Below are positions 50,658 through 64,000 of a DNA stretch of 64,000 nt, piece by piece. Where the stretch lies: contig OZ024740.1 in assembly GCA_964016885.1 (NCBI GenBank), forward strand, positions 868,001 to 932,000. The letters are read 5' to 3'. This DNA is from Eledone cirrhosa. Lineage: Eukaryota. The notes under the pieces were generated by a model, which did no database searches, was not told the DNA's origin, and was given only the letters and a program-made list of their open reading frames with translations. How positions within the stretch are numbered: position 1 is the first letter of the stretch; each line of letters opens with the position of its first letter. Both the position numbers and the translations under genes were made by a program.

Positions 50658-50995
50658 TCATTTCATTTCATTTCATTTCATTTTACGTCCGCTTTTCCCT
50701 GCTTGCAAGGGTGGGACGGGAACTGATTCTGGCTTGATTTCTACAGCTGGATGCCCTTCCTAACACCAACCTCATTTACAGTGAGTGCTGGGTGCTTTTT
50801 TGCCGTGGCATCTCCACGATCACTTTGCAGTGGAATGATAGGGACCCCAGTCCCTATCATCTCATTTCAACAGCTGAGTAAACTGGAACAATGTGAAATA
50901 AAGTGTCTTGCTCAAGGAAACAACACATCACCCAGTCTGAGATTTGAACTCACAACCTTTCGATTGCAAGGCCAATGCTCTAACCACTAAGCCAT
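50658..50995 (-). mobile_element. Family-1 SINE
   Basis: Reverse complement of 42803-43141. Confidence 0.92.
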
Positions 50996-51907
50996 ATATA
51001 TATAATACAGCTCTATATACAAAACTTTTTTTTCCTTTTCAAATAGACATGCTCAATCACCACCGCTTAAAACAAGTATATCTTACACAAAACACCAGCA
51101 CCAACAGTTTTCCCAAAGATAGCAACATGAATGGACCTGTTATTTTTCTCAAAAAATTTTTTCTACTTTCACCACTGCCTATCTCCTTAATCTGTCTATT
51201 TCTTCTTTAATTTCTCATTCTATTTTCTGATGAAGAACTAGTGTCTGAAACGTTAAGACTCCTTTCCTACTATCATCATCATCTTCGTTTAACGTTCATC
51301 TTCCACGCTAGCATGAGTTAGACTATATCAAGCATAAAACTAATAATATATTTCTTTATTGTACTGTGCCATTTGCTTCATTATTTCTCTTTGCCTTTTG
51401 GATTATATATAACATAAAAATAAAGAATTATGATACTTCCCTTCTCTCCCTAAGTGGTAAATGAAATAGTACAAAAATAATGAAATCTATATAATAACAT
51501 GCAACAAGCATTTTAAAGCCATTTTCCCTGCTAAAGCAGAGGTTAGCATTGCAAACCCCATAACAAACTCATTTTGTCCAATTATCTGCATCCTTCCTCA
51601 CTCCTAACCAACTTTTATTTCCTTCCCTATCATTTTTAACCATGTCTTTCTTGATTTTCCTCCTTCACTTACCTCCTTTCACATTCATTTCCATCCAGTC
51701 ACTTTCATCCTTTCTCAACACATAAACCCAGACATCTCATTCCATTTCTATTCCCAATGTTCATCACTGGCTCTCTTCTCACCTTTCATCCTTTCTCAAC
51801 AAATATCTCCAGCCATCTCATTCTGGCTCTCATCTCACCTTTCTTTACCATTCATTGCTATCTCCTTCTCTCATCCACAATAATATAAAGTATAAAATAT
51901 ATATTAC

Positions 51908-52083
51908 TGTAATATCAATCCATGATCCATCATTCAGAGCTTCTTCAACACTGGCTTCCACTTGTTCTTTAAGGGACACACCCACACAACATGTAGTTAA
52001 ATAGATCAGTTGTTCATCCTTAAACTTCTTTTTTATAAAGTCTTTAGGGTTGCTGATACCAAGCCGAGCCAAATTGTCATATT
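51908..52083 (-). CDS. UFL1: UFL1 exon
   Basis: ttgtAG|...|GTAATA, 176 nt, phase 1-0; YDNLARLGISNPKDFIKKKF...QVEASVEEALNDGSWIDIT. Confidence 0.96.
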
Positions 52084-53134
52084 CTACAATGAAAACCAAA
52101 CTAAAATATATCTCTAGATACAAAACTAAATTTTACTCAAAGATAACATAACAAAATTTACTCCTCCCAAACATTTGCCACATGACATCAATTATGTAGC
52201 TTGACAAGATGAGATACTGCATTATGACATAATATATTGGAGGGCTTTATTTAGGTTTCTATAGAGTCTAGTTTGTTTTTGGTTTGGGAGGTGACACAAC
52301 AGCGAAATATGTGGAGAAAAGGAGTGTATTTAGAAGGTTTCTATAGAGAGTAGATAGTCTAGTAATTCAAAAACTAAAAAGGTTATTGTTATAGCAGTGA
52401 AAGAAAGAGAGAGAAGACATAACACATTTGTGAAACCATTGTTGTTGAAGTAACTACAACTTTGACAGATGGGAGTCAACTGGTAGAGAGACATTAGTAC
52501 ACACAACAAAATGCTTTGCAGTATTTCTTCTGGGAATTTGCAATCAGACTTCAAATCCTGTTAAAGTCAAATTTGACATTCATCCTTTTAGAGTCAATAA
52601 AATAAATAAATAAAAAAAATGGTTTCACAGAATTATTAGCGTTGGATAGAATGCCTTGTTCTAACTCATTGTTTTGTGAGTTCAAATCCTTCAATGGTCT
52701 ACTTAAATGGTAGATTTAATCTGTTGTTTGGTTTAACACTACTACATGGCCCTTGGGCACCTTTAACAGAGTTAAGAGTTTATTCTGTTGCAAGCATTCA
52801 GACTTTGTCTCTGGTTTGAGAATAACTTTATCTCAACAGTCTTGAAAAAGTGTCAAGGGCAATGCACTTCCCTCCCTGACTAAACATTAAAAGAAAATTG
52901 GTATTTTTTTTTGTTATTTGCAGTACATGTGTGTGTAGTAATAGTAGTGTGTGTGTGTGCATATGTATGTAGCAGCTTGACTGTCCCAGGTACAGGAGCA
53001 ATAGACTGATATGAATCTCACATGATCTTTGTTGAGGGCCAGCAAATTATCACAGTTGAAGTATTCTGCCTAAAAAAAACATTTACAATGCAGGGTTTTG
53101 GCAATGTTAGAGATAAGTTAAACAAGTTACTCAC

Positions 53135-53278
53135 CCAAGTATCCATTCTGGGCATAGAAGGCTTCAACCCATTGGTTTTGTGTTCTAACAAATATGTTGG
53201 GGTGATAGGTACCTTTATCTCTATGGCCAGTAATAGAACCATTCAAACGACCTGATGCTATCAATTCTTCAAGAATTG
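53135..53278 (-). CDS. UFL1: UFL1 exon
   Basis: ttctacAG|...|GTGAGT, 144 nt, phase 1-1; ILEELIASGRLNGSITGHRDKGTYHPNIFVRTQNQWVEAFYAQNGYL. Confidence 0.96.
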
Positions 53279-53487
53279 CTGTAGAAAAATATATAAGTTG
53301 ATCCATATTTAGGTTTCTAGTTACCTCCAAATAGATACAATTCCAGGGGACACTAACAGCCAACATCTAAAGGTTTCTAGTTATCCCCAAATAGATACAA
53401 TTTAGGGGACACTAACAACCAACATCCAATAGAATTTTTCCTATTCTTTTACTAGTTTCAATGAATTGGCAGAATTGTTAGAACATG

Positions 53488-53832
53488 GAGGCACATGGCT
53501 TAGTGGTTAGAACATTGGCCTTGCAATCGAAAGGTTGTGAGTTCAATTCTCAGACTGGGTGATGTGTTGTTTCCTTGAGCAAGAGACTTTATTTCACATT
53601 GCTCCAGTTTACTCAGCTGTAGAAATGAGATGATAGGGACTGGGGTCCATATCATTCCACTGTAAAGTGGTCGTGGAGGTGCCATGGCAAAAAAGCACCC
53701 AGCACTCACTGTAAATGAGGTTGGTGTTAGGAAGGGCATCCAGCTGTAGAAATCAAGCCAGAATCAGTTCCCGTCCCACCTTTGCATGCAGGGAAAAGCG
53801 GACGTGAAATAAAATGATTATGATGATGATGA
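53488..53832 (+). mobile_element. Full-length family-1 SINE, apparently inserted in a family-2 SINE
   Basis: Same head, body and tail as 42803-43141; family-2 head sequence precedes it (~53462) and family-2 body follows it (53833-53945). Confidence 0.9.
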
Positions 53833-54966
53833 TCGGACAGAATATCTCACATTATCTGTCCCAACTTTCTATGCTCTGAGTTCAAATCCTACAGAGGTCA
53901 ACTTCGCCTTTCACCATGTTTAGGGGTTGCTAAATAAAGTGCCAATCTATGGTGGTGGATTAGCAGAACTGTCAGACCATCAGATGGACCACCTTGCTAT
54001 ATTTATTCTTGCACTATCCATTGTTTAAATTCCATCTTGAGATTTAAATGTCATCAACAGTCATGGTTAATTATCTGATTATTAGCCATCAACTGATTAT
54101 GAAAGCTGCAAGAGATGGAAGAGGATTGTAGCTGTGTGTCATTGCTATCAAACAATGATGACTGTTGGATATTTAGTCAATCACATCAACTCATGATTAT
54201 TTCATCCTAGGTATTAGTCAACCATATCAACATGGGATTATTTACTCAACCATATCAACCCAAGAGTTTATTCTTTTTAGATTTGAGGCTTATTATATTG
54301 ATCTCTATTTCTCAAAGTTCTAAGTTACAGGGCATAAACAAACAGCTAATATATAAATATAACAAATGTTAAATCTTATCAAGAACCAGAATCTGTGAGG
54401 GAATTAATTGACGGTTCTGATAAGATGATGATACCATCCAGGACTGATTTAACCCACCTTAGGTAGTCCTTGTACTTATCAAGAGCCTTCTTTCACCTGA
54501 GTCACCCTGGCCCAGAAGAAAGGCAAGAGGCCAGTACATGAGAGAGAAAACTGGATGCAGGGATTACCAAGAGAGTTTCATCATCATTTCATTTCATTTA
54601 ACGTCCGCTTTTCCCTGCTTGCAACAATGTTAATCACGAAAGCCTCAATGAAGCTCCACTCCATTTGTAGGTTTGATAGATGACCATTGACTCATTATTG
54701 AGTTCATCCACCGTTGTAGACATGTATTTTTTTTTTTTTTGCACTGCCAAGGTGTCCATCCATACTCTGAGATGAGTGAGACCCTAGAATGGTAATGTTG
54801 GTTTACTTATCGATGGCCTAATAACAAAGTCAGTAGTAGGGTTTACAAGGTTAACAGTAGCAGATCATTATTTGATCTGATCTGACATATAATACAGCAT
54901 TTTATCTGACCTAACAACAACAAACAAAAGATTAGATAGAAACCAAAAATAAATAGTTTAACTTAC

Positions 54967-55025
54967 AATAAAACATTTGGTCTTGAAAATTATGTTTACG
55001 ACACATATTGTATAAACTGGATGGT
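54967..55025 (-). CDS. UFL1: UFL1 exon (most 5' exon visible; the gene continues beyond the window)
   Basis: ttttcAG|...|GTAAGT, 59 nt, phase 2-1; PSSLYNMCRKHNFQDQMFY (cf. human PTAVNSLISKYGFQEQLLY). Confidence 0.9.
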
Positions 55026-55065
55026 CTGAAAATAACAATGAACAAAACATTTTTATCTCATTTCA

Positions 55066-58000
55066 TATCAGCCCACCTACAACCCCTTTAGGTTGTCATA
55101 CCAGCCCACCCAAGACTACTTGAGGTTGTCATACTAGCACACACCCAAGACTACTTTAGGTTCTATCACACCAGCCCACCCAAGACACCATTAGGTTCTA
55201 TCACACCAGCCCACCCAAGACTACTTTAGGTTCTATTATACCAGCCCACCCAAGATACCATTAGGTTCTATCATACCAGCCCCCCGCCAAGACACCATTA
55301 GGTTCTATCATACCAGCCCACCCAAGACACCATTATGTTCTATCACACCAGCCCACCCAAGACACCATTAGGTTCTATCATACGAGCCCACCCAAGACTA
55401 CTTTAGGTTCTATTATACCAGCCCACCCAAGATACCATTAGGTTCTATAATACCAGCCCCCCCTCGCCCAAGAGACCATTAGGTTCTATCATACCAGCAC
55501 ACCCGAGACACCATTATGTTCTATCACACCAGCCCACCCAAGACTACTTAATATTCTATCATACCAGCCCACCCAAGACACCATTAGGTTCTATCACACC
55601 AGCCCACCCAAGACAAAATTATGTTCTATCACACCAGCCCACCCAAGACTACTTAATATTCTATCATACCAGCCCACCCAAGACACCATTAGGTTCTATC
55701 ACACCAGCCCACCCAAGACAACATTATGTTCTATCACACCAGCCCACCCAAGACTACTTAATATTCTATCATACCAGCCCACCCAAGACACCATTAGGTT
55801 CTATCACACCAGCCCACCCAAGACAACATTATGTTCTATCACACCAGCCCACCCAAGACTACTTAATATTCTATCATACCAGCCCACCCAAGACACCATT
55901 AGGTTCTATCACACCAGCCCACCCAAGACACCATTATGTTCTATCACACCAGCCCACCCAAGACTACTTAATATTCTATCATACCAGCCCACCCAAGACA
56001 CCATTAGGTTCTATCACACCAGCCCACCCAAGACTACTTTATGTTCTATCACACCAGCCCACCCAAGACTACTTTATGTTCTATCATACCAGCCCACCCA
56101 AGACTACTTTATGTTCTATCATACCAGCCCACCCAAGACACCATTAGGTTCTATCATACCAGCCCACCCAAGACACCATTAGGTTCTATCATACCAGCAC
56201 ACCCAAGACTACTTTATGTTCTATCATACCAGCAAATCCAAGACTACTTTATCTTCTATCATACCAGCCCACCCAAGACTACTTTATGTTCTATCATACC
56301 AGCCCACCCAAGACACCATTAGGTTCTATCACACCAGCCAACCCAACACTACTATATGTTCTATCATACCAGCCCACCCTAGACTACTTTATGTTCTATC
56401 ATGCCAGCCCACCCTAGACTACTTTATGTTCTATCATGCCAGCCCACCGGAGACACCATTAGGTTCTATCATACCAGCCCACCCACAACACCTTTAAGTT
56501 CTATCAGACCAGCCCACCCAAGACACCATTAGGTTCTATCATACCAGCCCACCCACATCAGCCTTATGTTCTATCACACTAGGCTACCCCAGACACCATT
56601 AGGTTCTAGCATACCAGACAACCCAAGACACCATTATGTTCTATCATACCAGCCCACCTACAGCACCTTTATGTTCTATCACACCAGGCCACCCGAGACT
56701 ACTTTATGTTCTATCACACCAGCTCAATCAAGACTACTTTATGTTCTATCACACCAGCCCACCCAAGACTACTTTATGTACTATCACACCAGCCCACCAA
56801 AGACTACTTTATGTTCTATCATACCAGCCCACCCAAGACTACTTTATGTTCTATCATACCAGCCCACCCAAGACTACTTTATGTTCTATCACACCAGCCC
56901 TATCAAGACTACTTTATGTTCTATCACACCAGGCTACCCAAGACACCATTTGGTTCTATCATACAAGCTCACCCTAGATACCATTATGTTCTATCATACC
57001 AGCCCACCCACAACAACTTTATGTTCTATCACACCAGCCCACACAAGACACCATTAGGTTCTATCACACCAGCCCACACAAGACTACTTTATTTTCTATC
57101 ACACCAGCCCACCCAAGACTACTTTATGTTCTATCATACCAGCCCACCCAAGACTACTTTATGTTCTATCACACCAGCCCACCCAAGACTACTTTATGTT
57201 CTATCATACCAGCCCACCCAAGACTACTTTATGTTCTATCATGGCAGCCCACCCAAGACACCATTAGCTTCTATCATACCAACCCACCCACATCACCCTT
57301 ATGTTCTATCACACCAGGCTACCCCAGACACCATTAGGTTCTGTCATACGAGCCCACCCAAGACTACTTTATGTTCTATCATACCAGCCTACCCAAGACT
57401 ACTTTATGTTCTATCATACCAGCCCACACAAGACTATTTATGTTCTAACATACCAGCCCATCCTAGACTACTTTAGGTTCTATCACACCAGCCTACCCAA
57501 GACTACTTTATGTTCTATCATACCAGCCCACACAAGACTATTTATGTTCTATCATACCAGCCCATCCAAGACACCATTAGGTTCTATCACACCAGCCCAC
57601 CCAAGACTACTTTATGTTCTATCATACCAGCCCACCCAAGACACCATTAGCTTCTATCATACCAACCCACCCACATGTTCTATCACACCAGGCTACCCCA
57701 GACACCATTAGGTTCTGTCATACGAGCCCACCCAAGACTACTTTATGTTCTATCATACCAGCCCACCCAAGACTACTTTATGTTCTATCATACCAGCCCA
57801 CACAAGACTATTTATGTTCTATCATACCAGTCCACCCAAGACTACTTTATGTTCTATCATACCAGCCCACCCACAACAGCTTTATGTTCTATCACACCAG
57901 GCCACCCGAGACACCATTATGTTCTATCATACAAGACCACCCAAGTCACCATTATGTTCTATCATACCAGCCCATCAAAGACTACTTTATGTTCTATCAC

Positions 58001-61000
58001 ACCAGCCCACCCAAGACTACTTTATGTTCTATCATACCAGCCCACCCAAGACTACTTTATGTTCTATCATGGCAGCCCACCTAAGACACGATTAGGTTCT
58101 ATCATACCACCCAACCAACCCAAGACTACTTTATGTTCTATCATACGAGCCCACCAAAGACTACTTTATGTTCTATCACACCATCCCACCCAAGACTACT
58201 TTATGTTCTATCATACCAGCCCACCCAAGACTACTTTATGTTCTATCATACCAGCCCACCCAAGACTACTTTATGTTCTATCATACCAGCCCACCCAAGA
58301 CTACTTTATGTTCTATCATACCAGCCCACCCAAGACTACTTTATGTTCCATCATACCAGCCCACCGAAGACTACTTTATGTTCTATCATACCAGCCCACC
58401 CACAACACCCTTATGTTCTATCACACCAGGCTACCCAAGACACCATTAGGTTCTATCATACCAGCTCACCCTAGATACCATTATGTTCTATCATACCAGC
58501 CCACCCACAACACCTTTATGTTCTATCACATCAGCCCACACAAGACACCATTAGGTTCTATCATACCAGACCACCCAAGACACCATTATGTTCTATCATA
58601 CCAGCCCACCCACAACACCTTTATGTTCTATCACACCAGCCCACCCGAGACACCATTATGTTCTATCATAGCAGCCCATCCAAGCCACCATTATGTTCTA
58701 TCACACCAGCCCACCCAAGACTACTTTATGTTCTATCATACCAGCCCACCCAAGACTACTTTATGTTCTATCATACCAGCCCACCCAAAACTACTTTATT
58801 TTCTATTACACCAGCCCACACAAGACTACTTTATGTTCTATCACACCAGCCCAACCAAGACTACTTTATGTTCTATCATACCAGTCCACCCAAGACTACT
58901 TTATGTTCTATCATACCAGCCCACCCAACACTACTTTATTTTCTATCACACCAGCCCACCCAAGACTACTTTATGTTCTATCATACCAGTCCACCCAAGA
59001 CTACTTTATGTTCTATCATACCATCCCACCCAAAACTACTTTACTTTCTATTACACCAGCCCACCCAAGACTACTTTATGTTCTACCATACCAGCCCACC
59101 CAACACTACTTTATTTTCTATCACACCAGCCCACCCAAGACTACTTTATGTTCTATCATACCAGCCCACCAAAGACTACTTTATGTTCTATCATACCAGC
59201 CCAGTCAAGACTACTTTAAGTTCTATCATACCAGCGCACCCAAGACTACTTTATGTTCTATCATACCAGCCCACCCAAGAATACTTTATGCTCTATCTTA
59301 CCAGCCCACCCCAGACGACTTTCTGTTCTATCATACCAGCCCACCCAAGAATACTTTATGTTCTATCACACCAGCCCAACCAAGACTACTGTATGTTCTA
59401 TCATACCAGCCAACCCAAGACTACTTTATGTTCTATCATACCAGCCCACCCAAGACTACTTTATTTTCTATCACACCAGCACACCCAAGACTACTTTATG
59501 TTCTAACATACCAGCCCACCAAAGACTACTTTATGTTCTATCATACCAGCGCACCCAAGAATACTTTATGTTCTATCATACCAGCCCACCCCAGACGACT
59601 TTCTGTTCTATCATACCAGACCACCCAAGAATACTTTATGTTCTATCACACCAGCCCAACCAAGACTACTGTATGTTCTATCATACCAGCCAACCCAAGA
59701 CTACTTTATGTTCTATCATACCAGCCCACCCAAGACTACTTTATTTTCTATCACACCAGCCCACCCAAGACTACTTTGTTCTAACATACCAGCCCACCCA
59801 AGACTACTTTATGTTCTATCACACCAGCCCACCCAAGACACCATTATGTTCTATCACACCAGCCCACCCAAGACACCATTAGGTTCTATCATACCAGCCC
59901 ACCCAAGACTACTTTAGGTTCTATCATACCAGCCCACCCAAGACACCATTATGTTCTATCACACCAGCCCACCCAAGACACCATTAGGTTCTATCATACC
60001 AGCCCACCCAAGACTACTTTAGGTTCTATTATACCAGCCCACCCAAGATACCATTAGGTTCTATAATACCAGCCCCCCCTTGCCCAAGAGACCATTAGGT
60101 TCTATCATACCAGCACACCCGAGACACCATTATGTTCTATCACACCAGCCCACCCAAGACTACTTAATATTCTATCATACCAGCCCACCCAAGACACCAT
60201 TAGGTTCTATCACACCAGCCCACCCAAGACAAAATTATGTTCTATCACACCAGCCCACCCAAGACTACTTAATATTCTATCATACCAGCCCACCCAAGAC
60301 ACCATTAGGTTCTATCACACCAGCCCACCCAAGACAACATTATGTTCTATCACACCAGCCCACCCAAGACTACTTAATATTCTATCATACCAGCCCACCC
60401 AAGACACCATTAGGTTCTATCACACCAGCCCACCCAAGACAACATTATGTTCTATCACACCAGCCCACCCAAGACTACTTAATATTCTATCATACCAGCC
60501 CACCCAAGACACCATTAGGTTCTATCACACCAGCCCACCCAAGACACCATTATGTTCTATCACACCAGCCCACCCAAGACTACTTAATATTCTATCATAC
60601 CAGCCCACCCAAGACACCATTAGGTTCTATCACACCAGCCCACCCAAGACTACTTTATGTTCTATCACACCAGCCCACCCAAGACTACTTTATGTTCTAT
60701 CATACCAGCCCACCCAAGACTACTTTATGTTCTATCATACCAGCCCACCCAAGACACCATTAGGTTCTATCATACCAGCCCACCCAAGACACCATTAGGT
60801 TCTATCATACCAGCACACCCAAGACTACTTTATGTTCTATCATACCAGCAAATCCAAGACTACTTTATCTTCTATCATACCAGCCCACCCAAGACTACTT
60901 TATGTTCTATCATACCAGCCCACCCAAGACACCATTAGGTTCTATCACACCAGCCAACCCAACACTACTATATGTTCTATCATACCAGCCCACCCTAGAC

Positions 61001-64000
61001 TACTTTATGTTCTATCATGCCAGCCCACCCTAGACTACTTTATGTTCTATCATGCCAGCCCACCGGAGACACCATTAGGTTCTATCATACCAGCCCACTC
61101 ACAACACCTTTAAGTTCTATCAGACCAGCCCACCCAAGACACCATTAGGTTCTATCATACCAGCCCACCCACATCAGCCTTATGTTCTATCACACTAGGC
61201 TACCCCAGACACCATTAGGTTCTAGCATACCAGACAACCCAAGACACCATTATGTTCTATCATACCAGCCCACCTACAGCACCTTTATGTTCTATCACAC
61301 CAGGCCACCCGAGACTACTTTATGTTCTATCACACCAGCCCAATCAAGACTACTTTATGTTCTATCACACCAGCCCACCCAAGACTACTTTATGTTCTAT
61401 CACACCAGCCCAATCAAGACTACTTTATGTTCTATCACACCAGCCCACCAAAGACTACTTTATGTTCTATCATACCAGCCCACCCAAGACTACTTTATGT
61501 TCTATCATACCAGCCCACCCAAGACTACTTTATGTTCTATCACACCAGCCCTATCAAGACTACTTTATGTTCTATCACACCAGGCTACCCAAGACACCAT
61601 TTGGTTCTATCATACAAGCTCACCCTAGATACCATTATGTTCTATCATACCAGCCCACGCACAACAACTTTATGTTCTATCACACCAGCCCACACAAGAC
61701 ACCATTAGGTTCTATCACACCAGCCCACACAAGACTACTTTATTTTCTATCACACCAGCCCACACAAGACTACTTTATTTTCTATCACACCAGCCCACCC
61801 AAGACTACTTTATGTTCTATCATACCAGCCCACCCAAGACTACTTTATGTTCTATCACACCAGCCCACCCAAGACTACTTTATGTTCTATCATACCAGCC
61901 CACCCAAGACTACTTTCTGTTCTATCATGGCAGCCCACCCAAGACACCATCAGCTTCTATCATACCAACCAACCCACATCACCCTTATGTTCTATCACAC
62001 CAGGCTACCCCAGACACCATTAGGTTCTGTCATACGAGCCCACCCAAGACTACTTTATGTTCTATCATACCAGCCTACCCAAGACTACTTTATGTTCTAT
62101 CATACCAGCCCACACAAGACTATTTATGTTCTAACATACCAGCCCATCCTAGACTACTTTAGGTTCTATACACCAGCCCACCCAAGACTACTTTATGTTC
62201 TATCATACCAGCCCACCCAAGACACCATTAGGTTCTATCACACCAGCCAACCCAACACTACTATATGTTCTATCATACCAGCCCACCCTAGACTACTTTA
62301 TGTTCTATCATGCCAGCCCACCCTAGACTACTTTATGTTCTATCATGCCAGCCCACCGGAGACACCATTAGGTTCTATCATACCAGCCCACCCACAACAC
62401 CTTTAAGTTCTATCAGACCAGCCCACCCAAGACACCATTAGGTTCTATCATACCAGCCCACCCACATCAGCCTTATGTTCTATCACACTAGGCTACCCCA
62501 GACACCATTAGGTTCTAGCATACCAGACAACCCAAGACACCATTATGTTCTATCATACCAGCCCACCTACAGCACCTTTATGTTCTATCACACCAGGCCA
62601 CCCGAGACTACTTTATGTTCTATCACACCAGCCCAATCAAGACTACTTTATGTTCTATCACACCAGCCCACCCAAGACTACTTTATGTTCTATCACACCA
62701 GCCCAATCAAGACTACTTTATGTTCTATCACACCAGCCCACCAAAGACTACTTTATGTTCTATCATACCAGCCCACCCAAGACTACTTTATGTTCTATCA
62801 TACCAGCCCACCCAAGACTACTTTATGTTCTATCACACCAGCCCTATCAAGACTACTTTATGTTCTATCACACCAGGCTACCCAAGACACCATTTGGTTC
62901 TATCATACAAGCTCACCCTAGATACCATTATGTTCTATCATACCAGCCCACCCACAACAACTTTATGTTCTATCACACCAGCCCACACAAGACACCATTA
63001 GGTTCTATCACACCAGCCCACACAAGACTACTTTATTTTCTATCACACCAGCCCACCCAAGACTACTTTATGTTCTATCATACCAGCCCACCCAAGACTA
63101 CTTTATGTTCTATCACACCAGCCCACCCAAGACTACTTTATGTTCTATCATACCAGCCCACCCAAGACTACTTTCTGTTCTATCATGGCAGCCCACCCAA
63201 GACACCATCAGCTTCTATCATACCAACCCACCCACATCACCCTTATGTTCTATCACACCAGGCTACCCCAGACACCATTAGGTTCTGTCATACGAGCCCA
63301 CCCAAGACTACTTTATGTTCTATCATACCAGCCTACCCAAGACTACTTTATGTTCTATCATACCAGCCCACACAAGACTATTTATGTTCTAACATACCAG
63401 CCCATCCTAGACTACTTTAGGTTCTATCACACCAGCCTACCCAAGACTACTTTATGTTCTATCATACCAGCCCACACAAGACTATTTATGTTCTATCATA
63501 CCAGCCCATCCAAGACACCATTAGGTTCTATCACACCAGCCCACCCAAGACTACTTTATGTTCTATCATACCAGCCCACCCAAGACACCATTAGCTTCTA
63601 TCATACCAACCCACCCACATGTTCTATCACACCAGGCTACCCCAGACACCATTAGGTTCTGTCATACGAGCCCACCCAAGACTACTTTATGTTCTATCAT
63701 ACCAGCCCACCCAAGACTACTTTATGTTCTATCATACCAGCCCACACAAGACTATTTATGTTCTATCATACCAGTCCACCCAAGACTACTTTATGTTCTA
63801 TCATACCAGCCCACCCACAACAGCTTTATGTTCTATCACACCAGGCCACCCGAGACACCATTATGTTCTATCATACAAGACCACCCAAGTCACCATTATG
63901 TTCTATCATACCAGCCCATCAAAGACTACTTTATGTTCTATCACACCAGCCCACCCAAGACTACTTTATGTTCTATCATACCAGCCCACCCAAGACTACT
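55066..64000. repeat. 35-bp tandem satellite (~255 units) inside a UFL1 intron
   Basis: Consensus TTCTATCATACCAGCCCACCCAAGACTACTTTATG with CACCATTAGG variants; runs off the right edge. Confidence 0.98.

Noticed and set aside
53309-53430. ~59-bp tandem duplication just upstream of a UFL1 acceptor, extending an ORF
   Set aside because: The extension is intronic; the acceptor at 53279-53280 gives the correct phase with the 59-nt upstream exon.
56041-63655. Long ORFs in the 35-bp array
   Set aside because: Same artefact: 35-nt unit, all plus frames equivalent, and antisense to the UFL1 intron.
55066-64000. CRISPR-like periodicity (35-bp repeats)
   Set aside because: No unique spacers, no cas genes, and a eukaryotic intron context.

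Overview
Repeat-dense eukaryotic genomic DNA; the SINE/LINE repertoire suggests a coleoid cephalopod such as octopus (inference, no database search run). The main gene is UFL1 (E3 UFM1-protein ligase 1) on the minus strand: 12 GT-AG exons from 55025 down to the stop at 15445 splice in frame to about 585 codons, and the 5' exons lie beyond the right edge. A convergent plus-strand gene contributes a Cys-rich EGF-like exon (8294-8530) and possibly a short last exon near 12748. The window is bracketed by two large satellites (52-bp unit at 1-8165; 35-bp unit at 55066-64000), both with higher-order structure; their long ORFs are artefacts. Introns and intergenic DNA hold many RTE-clade LINE copies, two tRNA-derived SINE families, a degraded hAT-type transposon, TTAA-flanked MITEs, a Vingi/Ingi-like fragment, a probable LTR remnant and a Helitron-like duplicate. 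The most unusual observations are: several hammerhead-ribozyme-like motifs, including two ~0.8 kb fold-back elements with a ribozyme in each inverted arm; a minisatellite made of copies of a UFL1 exon/donor junction; a chimeric SINE whose two LINE-related segments both have source elements in the window; and a PHD-like finger inside the RTE reverse transcriptase.
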